Assembly: GCA_903835075.1 (NCBI GenBank)
Contig: CAILLM010000004.1
Coordinates: 144,532-208,531 of the forward strand
Source of the DNA: Candidatus Staskawiczbacteria bacterium
Lineage (GTDB): Bacteria > Patescibacteriota > Minisyncoccia > Minisyncoccales > Staskawiczbacteraceae
Length of the DNA: 64,000 nt
Direction: 5' to 3'
The notes under the pieces are model-generated. The model was not told the origin of the DNA, made no database searches, and saw only the letters and a program-made list of their open reading frames with translations. The translations under genes were made by a program, and so were the position numbers. This document shows positions 37,428 to 45,092 of the stretch, piece by piece. Positions within the stretch are counted from its first letter, which is position 1; each line of letters opens with the position of its first letter.

Positions 37428-38060
37428 ATGAATAAAGATGACGAGCAAATTTTAGTGGTAAAAGCTGATATTATATTTGCGAAAGGTAAATGGCAAGGAT
37501 TACGGGTTGATAATTTGGATTATTATGTTGATTTGATAAAAAATAATTGTGAATTTAAGAGAAGGGGAGATATGGAAAATGATTCTTCTTGGCAACAAAT
37601 AATTCCTTATATTATTTTTTCCGCCGAAGGTAAATTTTTTCTTTATAATTATTTAAAACAAGCCGGTGAGCAAAGATTAAGAAATGATTATATTATTGGA
37701 GTGGGTGGTCATATAAATGAAGATGATGTGGGGGATGGAGCCGCCTTCGCCGAAGGCTCCGGCGAGCCGAAGAAAGATGTGTTGGAAGCCGGGCGCGACA
37801 GAGAGTGGGATGAAGAGGTTAGTTTTAATGGAAATTTAGATAAAAAATTAGTTGGCATTTTAAATGATGACAGGCGGCCCGTTGAAGCAGTACATTTAGG
37901 ATTAGTTTATTTATTTAAAGGCGACAGCCCAGACATTTCAGTAAAAGAAACTGACAAAATGAAAGGTGAAATGTTTACCTTAAAAGAATTAGGAGAAAAA
38001 GTTGTCGGCACCGAAGGTTGGGCTCCAATAATTTACGAAGAATATTTAAGCAAATTATAA
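37428..38060 (+). CDS. hypothetical protein (possibly Nudix-fold-like) with an internal GC-rich insertion
   Basis: 210 aa; WQQIIPYIIF...EQRLRNDYIIGVGGHI; GC-rich block 37729-37772 encodes GDGAAFAEGSGEPK. Confidence 0.5.
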   Translation: MNKDDEQILVVKADIIFAKGKWQGLRVDNLDYYVDLIKNNCEFKRRGDMENDSSWQQIIPYIIFSAEGKFFLYNYLKQAGEQRLRNDYIIGVGGHINEDDVGDGAAFAEGSGEPKKDVLEAGRDREWDEEVSFNGNLDKKLVGILNDDRRPVEAVHLGLVYLFKGDSPDISVKETDKMKGEMFTLKELGEKVVGTEGWAPIIYEEYLSKL

Positions 38061-38063
38061 GAT

Positions 38064-38771
38064 ATGGCAAAAAAAGGAAAATTTTTTGTATTTGAGGGAA
38101 TAGACGGGTGTGGAAAATCAACGCAAACAAAGTTGCTTGCAGATTTTTTTATAAAAAAAGGATATAAAGTAGAAAAAATTGATTTTCCTCAGCACGGCGA
38201 AAAAGCTTCGGGCTTGGTAGACGAATATTTAACCGGAAAATATGGGGAGGCAAAAGATGTTGGGCCATATGTAGCCTCAATTTTCTATGCTTGCGACAGG
38301 TATGATGCTAGTTTTAAAATTAGAAAATGGTTAGACGAAGGCAAAATTGTAATTTCAGATAGATATTTGGTTTCTAACATTGGCCACCAAGGCGGAAAAA
38401 TAAACAACAAATTAGCTTGGAAAAAATATATTAATTGGTTGTATGATTTAGAATATAAATTGTTTAAAATTCCAAAACCAGATTACACTTTTATTTTAAA
38501 AACATCACCTGAATTTTCTTTGAAAATGGCAAACAAAATAACAGACAAAACAAAGCAAGCCAGAAGAAAAGCATATTTGGGAAGTTCTAAAAAACAAGAC
38601 ATCCACGAGAAAGATAAAAATCATTTAAAAAATGCTTTAAATTCATATTTAATGGCTGCAAAAGAGTTTCCAAGAGATTTTAAAGTAATAGAATGTTTGG
38701 ATAAAAATGAATTGCTACCACCCGAAACAATAAATCAAAAAATAATTAAAGAGGTTTCTAAAAAGATATGA
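38064..38771 (+). CDS. tmk: thymidylate kinase
   Basis: P-loop FEGIDGCGKSTQ; DRY motif SDRYLVSN. Confidence 0.9.
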   Translation: MAKKGKFFVFEGIDGCGKSTQTKLLADFFIKKGYKVEKIDFPQHGEKASGLVDEYLTGKYGEAKDVGPYVASIFYACDRYDASFKIRKWLDEGKIVISDRYLVSNIGHQGGKINNKLAWKKYINWLYDLEYKLFKIPKPDYTFILKTSPEFSLKMANKITDKTKQARRKAYLGSSKKQDIHEKDKNHLKNALNSYLMAAKEFPRDFKVIECLDKNELLPPETINQKIIKEVSKKI

Positions 38772-39592
38772 AACAGTATTTAGATTTATTAAAAAAAATA
38801 ATGGATGAGGGCACGGACAGACCCGACAGAACAGGTGTTGGTTCGCGTGCAATCTTTGGGCAACAAATGAGGTTTGATATGAAAGATGGGTTTCCCGCAA
38901 TGACAACAAAAAAGTTGGCTTTTGAAACAATGAAAGCAGAGTTATTGTGGTTTTTATCGGGTAGTTCAGACAATAAAATTTTACAACAAATGGGTTGCCA
39001 CATTTGGGATGGCAATGCTGAGGCCGATTATTGGAAGCCAAAAGCAAAATTTGAGGGGGATTTGGGCAGAGTTTATGGTGTACAATGGAGAAGCTGGAAA
39101 TCGCCATACACCGACGTGCCAATAGACCAGATTACAAACGCCATAGAACAATTAAAGAAAAACCCACAAGACCGCAGAATTATTGTAACAGCTTGGAATC
39201 CGGCAGAATTAGATATGATGGCCTTGCCACCATGTCATATGTTTTTTCACTTTTTTTCAGTAAACGGAAAACTATCTTTGTTGATGTATCAGCGTAGTTG
39301 TGATACATTTTTGGGCGTGCCATTTAACATTGCTTCTTATTCTTTACTTTTACATATGGTGGCTCAAGTTACGGGATTGGAGCCTTGGGAATTTGTGCAC
39401 ATTTTGGGTGACACTCACATTTATTTAAATCATTTTGAACAAGTAAAAGAGCAAATTGCCCGTGAACCATATTCCTTGCCAAAAATTTGGTTAAACCCAG
39501 AGATTAAAAACATTTTTGATTTTAAAATGGAAGACATTAAATTAATAGATTATAAATATCATCCAACAATTAAAGCCCCAATGGCTGTGTAA
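38768..39592 (+). CDS. thyA: thymidylate synthase (ThyA type)
   Basis: DRTGVGSRAIFG, WNPAELDMMALPPCH, DTHIYLNH. Confidence 0.95.
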   Translation: MKQYLDLLKKIMDEGTDRPDRTGVGSRAIFGQQMRFDMKDGFPAMTTKKLAFETMKAELLWFLSGSSDNKILQQMGCHIWDGNAEADYWKPKAKFEGDLGRVYGVQWRSWKSPYTDVPIDQITNAIEQLKKNPQDRRIIVTAWNPAELDMMALPPCHMFFHFFSVNGKLSLLMYQRSCDTFLGVPFNIASYSLLLHMVAQVTGLEPWEFVHILGDTHIYLNHFEQVKEQIAREPYSLPKIWLNPEIKNIFDFKMEDIKLIDYKYHPTIKAPMAV

Positions 39593-39595
39593 AAT

Positions 39596-40144
39596 ATGAT
39601 AATTTCAATGATAGCGGCCGTGGCCGAAAACCGCGTAATAGGAAATAAAAATACAATACCGTGGAATTTTCCGCCATACAAAATGGCTGCTGATTTTAAA
39701 TATTTTAAAGAAACAACTTTTGGCAAAACAATTGTAATGGGTTTAAATACTTTTAATTCAATTGGGGGCAAGCCCTTGCCTGGTAGAAAACACATAATTC
39801 TAAATAACGATTTAAATTATGTTGCGCCAGAAGATTGTGTTATAGCTCATTCAATTGAAGAAGTTTTAGAATTAGGAAAAGACCTGACTGCGCAGGCAGG
39901 CGTGGACGAGTTAATGATTTGTGGAGGGGCTTCGGTTTATAAACAATTTTTACCATTATCGCGAAAGCTTTATTTGACTTATGTGCATGTAAGTCCCGAG
40001 GGTGACACTTATTTCCCGGAAGTTAATTTGGCCGAATGGAAAGAGATGAGTAGGGAAGACTTTAAAGCCGACGACCCTTCGACAGACTCAGGGCAGGTAA
40101 ATAATTCATTTGATTATTCATTTGTAATATTAGAAAGAATATGA
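39596..40144 (+). CDS. folA: dihydrofolate reductase carrying two short GC-rich insertions
   Basis: MIISMIAAVAENRVIGNKNTIPW, PLPGRKHIIL, C-terminal YSFVILERI. Confidence 0.9.
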   Translation: MIISMIAAVAENRVIGNKNTIPWNFPPYKMAADFKYFKETTFGKTIVMGLNTFNSIGGKPLPGRKHIILNNDLNYVAPEDCVIAHSIEEVLELGKDLTAQAGVDELMICGGASVYKQFLPLSRKLYLTYVHVSPEGDTYFPEVNLAEWKEMSREDFKADDPSTDSGQVNNSFDYSFVILERI

Positions 40145-40383
40145 TTACGCTAGATCAAATTTCGCAAATAGGAATTGCTATCTTGGGATTGTCAGCTACA
40201 TTTTTAGTTGCAAGAAAAAACAAATGGGGCTTTGTTTTGGGCTTGGCTTCTGAACCATTTTGGATTCTAACTGCTTATTATAACCATCAGTGGGGCATTC
40301 AACTGTTGAATGTTGTTTATGTGTGCACTTGGTCTTATGGTATTTATGTATGGTTTTTTAAAGACAAAAAATATGATAAATAA
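40141..40383 (+). CDS. 80-aa three-TM protein with PnuC-like motifs
   Basis: LVARKNKWGFVLGL...YNHQWG...TWSYGIYVWF; its start overlaps the folA stop (ATGA). Confidence 0.45.
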   Translation: MITLDQISQIGIAILGLSATFLVARKNKWGFVLGLASEPFWILTAYYNHQWGIQLLNVVYVCTWSYGIYVWFFKDKKYDK

Positions 40384-41152
40384 AGAATACGAAGATATAA
40401 TAAAAGCAGCGGTGGCAGGGGGCGAAGTTTTGGAAAAATACTTTGGGGAAATTTTAGATATAACTGTAAAATCTAGGCCCTCCGATGTGCGAACCCAGGC
40501 TGATTTGGGTTCTGAAAAAGCTATTTTGGAAATTTTGTCTGAGAAATTTCCTACTTATAATATTTTTGCAGAAGAATCTGGCGAGAATAATAAAAATTCA
40601 GAATATACTTTTGTTATAGACCCCTTAGACGGAACAAATAATTTTGTTTTGGGAATTCCTTATTTTTCAGTTGGGATTGGACTGATAAAAGAAGACAAAA
40701 TTATTTTTGGCGTTGTTTATAATCCTATATTGAAAAATTTATATGTTGCACAAGAGGGTAGAGGCGCGTTCCTAAATGACAAAAAAATATGCGTTAATAC
40801 AGAAGCGTCTATGGAAAATTCTAGTGTTTCTTTGGTGGTGGAATATGGAGACTTAATTAAATTACAAGAAAGATTGACAGAGACATTAAATCGAATGGGA
40901 GTTAAAAGGTGTTTAACTAATTGGTCTTGCTTGTTGGATTTTTGTCTTTTAGCTTCGGGGAAAATAGAGGCAATAGTTTTCCACGACTGCCCTTTGCATG
41001 ATTTTGTTCCAGGAAAATTAATTGCCAAAGAAGCCGGGGCGATGATTACTGACTTTAATGGTAATATGGAAAAAGATGAAAAGAGTAATACTTTTCTGAC
41101 AACAAACGGAACAAAAATTCATAAAGAATTATTGGAAATTTTGAAGAAATAG
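40373..41152 (+). CDS. inositol monophosphatase-family phosphatase (SuhB/CysQ-like)
   Basis: FVIDPLDGTNNF motif. I prefer ATG 40373 (MINKEYEDII) over the ORF-track start at 40310, which lies inside the preceding gene. Confidence 0.8.
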   Translation: MINKEYEDIIKAAVAGGEVLEKYFGEILDITVKSRPSDVRTQADLGSEKAILEILSEKFPTYNIFAEESGENNKNSEYTFVIDPLDGTNNFVLGIPYFSVGIGLIKEDKIIFGVVYNPILKNLYVAQEGRGAFLNDKKICVNTEASMENSSVSLVVEYGDLIKLQERLTETLNRMGVKRCLTNWSCLLDFCLLASGKIEAIVFHDCPLHDFVPGKLIAKEAGAMITDFNGNMEKDEKSNTFLTTNGTKIHKELLEILKK

Positions 41153-41168
41153 ATTAATATAAAATATT

Positions 41169-42644
41169 ATGGCATATAAACCAACAATAGGGCTCGAGAT
41201 TCATGTCGAGCTAAAAACTAATTCTAAGATGTTTTGCGGGTGTAAAAATGACCCCGATGAAAAAAGGCCAAATTATAATATTTGTCCTGTTTGCACAGCA
41301 CAACCAGGAACCTTGCCCGTTGCTAACGAAGAAGCAATTAAAAAGGTTATAAAAACTGGGCTGGCTTTAAATTGTAAAATTGCTGAAGATTCTAAATTTG
41401 ATAGAAAAAATTATTTTTATCCAGATTTGCCAAAAGGTTACCAGATTTCACAGTATGATCAACCTTTGTGCGAGGGTGGCCACTTAAATATTGGCGGAAG
41501 CCCTTCGACAGGCTCAGGACGCAGAAAAATTAGAATAACTAGGATTCACTTAGAGGAAGATACCGGAAGCTTAGTACATCCAGAAGGCGCGGATTACTCT
41601 TTAGTTAACTTAAATAGAGCAGGGGTGCCATTAATGGAGCTTGTAACCGAGCCCGACATAACTTCGGGTAGAGAAGCGCGCGAATTTGCGGAAGAGTTGC
41701 AGAGGATTTTTAGATATTTAGGCGTTTCTGATGCTGATATGGAAAAGGGGCAAATGAGAGTTGAGCTTAACATAAGCATAAGTAAAGGGAAAACATTTGG
41801 TACAAAAGTTGAAATTAAAAATTTGAATTCTTTTAAGGTGGTTGAGAAAGCTGCAGATTTTGAAATTAAAAGACAGGAAGAAGTTTTAGAGTCTGGCGAA
41901 AAAGTTGTTCAGGAAACACGAGGCTGGCACGACAAAAAAGAAATTACATTCTCACAAAGAGAAAAAGAAGAGGCTCATGACTATAGATATTTTCCAGAAC
42001 CAGACTTGCCACCAATGCATTTTGATAAGGATTATGTAAGAGGGGTGCAATCAACAATGCCCGAATTGCCACAAGAAAAAAGAGAAAGATTTAAAAAAGA
42101 ATTTAAGATAGATGAAAGTTCAATAGAATTTTTTGTTACTAATAAAGAGCTAAGTGAATATTACGAAAAAGTAATTTCGGAATTTAAAGAATGGCTAAGC
42201 GTAGACAAAATTAAAGATAGCGATAAGTTGTATAAGTTAGTAGCTAATTATTTAATTTCTGATGTGCAGGGATTATTGGGTGGTAAAATTTTTGTAGAGA
42301 GTGAGTTTAAGATTACTGCTGAAAACTTTGCAGAGTTTGTAAAGATGATTTATAAAGACGAAATATCTAGCAAGGTTGCAAAAATGGTTGTATTGGAAAT
42401 GTTTAATACTGGCGGAGACCCTTCAGACATTGTAGATCAAAATAATTGGCGACAAATGTCTGATGATGATGGTTTAGAAAAAATTATTAAAGATATTATA
42501 GATAAAAATCCAAAGGCGGTAGGAGACTATAAGGCGGGCAAACAAAATTCTCTACAGTTTATGGCAGGTCAAGTAATGAAAGAGACTAGGGGCACAGCTA
42601 AGCCAGAGAAAGTATTGGAGATATTAAAAAAACTACTGAGTTAA
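41169..42644 (+). CDS. gatB: Asp/Glu-tRNA amidotransferase subunit B
   Basis: YKPTIGLEIHVELKT, CPVCTAQPGTLP, IHLEEDTG, C-terminal YqeY-like tail. Confidence 0.9.
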   Translation: MAYKPTIGLEIHVELKTNSKMFCGCKNDPDEKRPNYNICPVCTAQPGTLPVANEEAIKKVIKTGLALNCKIAEDSKFDRKNYFYPDLPKGYQISQYDQPLCEGGHLNIGGSPSTGSGRRKIRITRIHLEEDTGSLVHPEGADYSLVNLNRAGVPLMELVTEPDITSGREAREFAEELQRIFRYLGVSDADMEKGQMRVELNISISKGKTFGTKVEIKNLNSFKVVEKAADFEIKRQEEVLESGEKVVQETRGWHDKKEITFSQREKEEAHDYRYFPEPDLPPMHFDKDYVRGVQSTMPELPQEKRERFKKEFKIDESSIEFFVTNKELSEYYEKVISEFKEWLSVDKIKDSDKLYKLVANYLISDVQGLLGGKIFVESEFKITAENFAEFVKMIYKDEISSKVAKMVVLEMFNTGGDPSDIVDQNNWRQMSDDDGLEKIIKDIIDKNPKAVGDYKAGKQNSLQFMAGQVMKETRGTAKPEKVLEILKKLLS

Positions 42645-43553
42645 TCAGTAGTTTTTTATTAATTTTTCTGCTTCTTTATAATTTTTAATCCAGTTAATTT
42701 TTTTATCTCTTTTGAACCAAGTTATTTGACGTTTGGCATAATGTTCAGATTCGATTTGTATTTTTTCTATCATTTCTTGTTTGGTAATTTTGTCCTGTAG
42801 ATATTGTGCGACAAAGCGATACTCTAATCCAAATTCTTCAAGTCGTTTCCAAGAAACGCCATTTTTACCGTGCCTGCCGGCAGGCAGGTGAAGTTTTTTT
42901 ACTTCATTAATCATGGCATTATTTTTTAGCCTTTTTATGAGGCGTTTATGAATTAGGTTTTTTAGCTCTTCGGGGGACTTGGTGACACCAATCTGTAGGG
43001 TAATAAAACTCGATTCTTTTGAACCAAGTGTTGGCACGGGCTTGCCCAGCTTAAGGATAACCTCTAGTGCCCTTACAACGCGTCGGGGGTTATTTGGGTC
43101 TATATTACCGGCCCGTACAGGATCAAGCTTTTTGAGCTGTTTTACGAGCTCTGGGAGGGACTTTTTGCTCAATTTCTCTCTAAGGGCCCAGTCGGGCTTA
43201 ACTTCGGGGATAACAATTCCATTAACTATAGATTGAATATAAAAGCCAGTGCCTCCAACTAGGATCGGCAATTTATTGCGTTTTTGAATATCTTTTATGG
43301 CTTTTAGTGCCAGTCTTTGATATTGTACTACCGAAAATCTATTTTTAGGATTTGCAACATCTAGTAAATGGTGAGGAATGCCAGCCATTTCTTTTTTTGT
43401 AACTTTGCCAGAGCCAATGTCCATTCCTTTGTAAATTTGTCTTGAATCAGCTGAAACAATTTCGCCATTGAATTTTTTGGCCAATTTAATAGACAAATCG
43501 GTTTTTCCCGAAGCCGTTGGCCCTAAAATTACTAAAAGTTTATTTTGTATCAT
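42645..43553 (-). CDS. miaA: tRNA dimethylallyltransferase
   Basis: LVILGPTASGKTDLS, SADSRQIYKGMDIGS. Confidence 0.9.
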   Translation of the reverse strand: MIQNKLLVILGPTASGKTDLSIKLAKKFNGEIVSADSRQIYKGMDIGSGKVTKKEMAGIPHHLLDVANPKNRFSVVQYQRLALKAIKDIQKRNKLPILVGGTGFYIQSIVNGIVIPEVKPDWALREKLSKKSLPELVKQLKKLDPVRAGNIDPNNPRRVVRALEVILKLGKPVPTLGSKESSFITLQIGVTKSPEELKNLIHKRLIKRLKNNAMINEVKKLHLPAGRHGKNGVSWKRLEEFGLEYRFVAQYLQDKITKQEMIEKIQIESEHYAKRQITWFKRDKKINWIKNYKEAEKLIKNY

Positions 43554-43700
43554 AACTTTCGCTCGGCAGTGAATTCTCCGCTAGCGTTCGTTGCGCCAGC
43601 GCGCAACTCACTCAGGCTTCGGCAATTTTTCGCCTTCGGCGAATCTTGCAAAATTGCCTGCAGGGTACGCTACGAATTCACTGCCTCGCTACATTTCTTC
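43554..43700. repeat. ~145-bp GC-rich element bounded by an imperfect inverted repeat, between miaB and miaA
   Basis: CGCTCGGCAGTGAATTC ... GAATTCACTGCCTCGCT arms. Internal hairpins: GTTGCGCcagcGCGCAAC, GGCAATTTT...AAAATTGCC, and the CCTGCAGG palindrome. Confidence 0.6.
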
Positions 43701-44999
43701 AGCACTAAGTGTAAATGGAGTAACTGCAATTATTTTGGATTTTATAAATTGTCCAATTTTTATTTTGCTTGATGGGCTTTTTGGGTAAACTTTTATTGTT
43801 CTGTAATGCTGGTCTTTTCCTAGCCAAAAATCATTTTTAGGCTCATTTATTAATACAGTAGTTTCAGTGTCTATTAATTTTTTGTTTTTTTCTAGGGCGG
43901 TTTGTTTTAAAACATCTGTTAAAACTTTTTCTCGTCTCTTTTTTTCTTCTGTAGATATATTGTCTTTTAATTTTGCTGCTGTGGTTCCTGCTCGTGGAGA
44001 GTATTTGCTTATATAGCCCAAATCATATTTTATGTCACGAAAAAGTTTAACAGTGTTGTTGAATTGAGTTTTTGTTTCTCCGGGAAAGCCAACAATTATA
44101 TCAGTTGATAAAGCAATATCAGGTATTTTTTTTCTTAGTTTTTTGATTTTATTTTTGTAAGATTCTACGGTGTAGTGCCTGTTCATTGCTTTTATAACCT
44201 TGTCGTCACCAGATTGTATTGGCAAATTGAGGTAGGGCTTAACTTTCTCGCAGATTGCCATGGCTTCAATTAATTCTTCTGAAAAGTCTTTTGGGTGGCT
44301 TGAAGTAAACCTAATCCAAAAGTTTCCAGGAATATTATTAACCATTTTTAAAAGTTTTGGAAAAGTGTTGGCTTGCTCTGAGCCCGTCGAAGTATCTTTA
44401 TAGCTGTTAACGTTTTGCCCCAAAAGCCAAATTTCTTTGTAGCCACCTTTTACAAGTTTTTTTATTTCTAAAATAATATCTTTTGCAGGTCTTGAAATTT
44501 CTCTTTCCCTAACATATGGCACAACGCAATATGAGCAAAAATTATTACAACCGGTCATTATAGGAACATTCGCAGAAAATTTGTTTTCGTATTTTGGGGT
44601 AATATCTAAATAATCAGTTTGATTTTTTCCCTGCCCTGAGCGTAGCCGAAGGGTTTTTTTGACGCCTAAAAGTTCTGGAATTCTTTTTATATCTTTTATG
44701 TCTAAAACATAATCAAATCCTTCTACAAATATTTTTTTGTCTCTTTTTAAAACACAACCAGTTAAAATTGTTTTTAGCTTTGGCTTGGACTTTTTAATGA
44801 CGTCAAATTTATCAACAAGTCCATGGATTCTATCAACAGCTGATTGGCGTATAGAGCACATTGTAACCAAAATTAAATCAGCTTCATTTATGTTAAGGGT
44901 GCGCTTGTAATTTAACTGCTCTAAAACAGCGGCTGCTCTTTCAGCATCTGATATATTCATTTGGCAACCATATATTCCTAAATAGTATTTCATGCCCAT
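43689..44999 (-). CDS. miaB: MiaB-family radical SAM methylthiotransferase
   Basis: IYGCQMNISDAE, GCNNFCSYCVVPYVRE, C-terminal TRAM-like segment. Confidence 0.85.
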   Translation of the reverse strand: MGMKYYLGIYGCQMNISDAERAAAVLEQLNYKRTLNINEADLILVTMCSIRQSAVDRIHGLVDKFDVIKKSKPKLKTILTGCVLKRDKKIFVEGFDYVLDIKDIKRIPELLGVKKTLRLRSGQGKNQTDYLDITPKYENKFSANVPIMTGCNNFCSYCVVPYVREREISRPAKDIILEIKKLVKGGYKEIWLLGQNVNSYKDTSTGSEQANTFPKLLKMVNNIPGNFWIRFTSSHPKDFSEELIEAMAICEKVKPYLNLPIQSGDDKVIKAMNRHYTVESYKNKIKKLRKKIPDIALSTDIIVGFPGETKTQFNNTVKLFRDIKYDLGYISKYSPRAGTTAAKLKDNISTEEKKRREKVLTDVLKQTALEKNKKLIDTETTVLINEPKNDFWLGKDQHYRTIKVYPKSPSSKIKIGQFIKSKIIAVTPFTLSAEEM

Positions 45000-45092
45000 T
45001 ATTTTACAACATTTTCTTAATTTTGGAAAGCATTGTATATTTATTATAGCGGGTTTAAAATAGCCATATATACTTAAAAAAATATAAATATT

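Noticed and set aside
38715-39122. 135-aa and 85-aa minus-strand ORFs over the tmk/thyA junction
   Set aside because: They are antisense to strongly motif-supported tmk and thyA frames.
40310-40372. ORF-track start of the inositol-monophosphatase gene at 40310
   Set aside because: That start lies inside the PnuC-like ORF and encodes hydrophobic residues belonging to that frame's region. ATG 40373 gives a typical family N-terminus.
45000-45092. glmS ribozyme upstream of glmS; T-box leaders upstream of thrS and pheS; lysine riboswitch upstream of the aspartate kinase; purine riboswitch upstream of guaA/guaB
   Set aside because: The leaders are short (30-120 nt), AT-rich, and lack the conserved cores I remember for these RNA classes. 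This needs an Infernal scan to be definitive.
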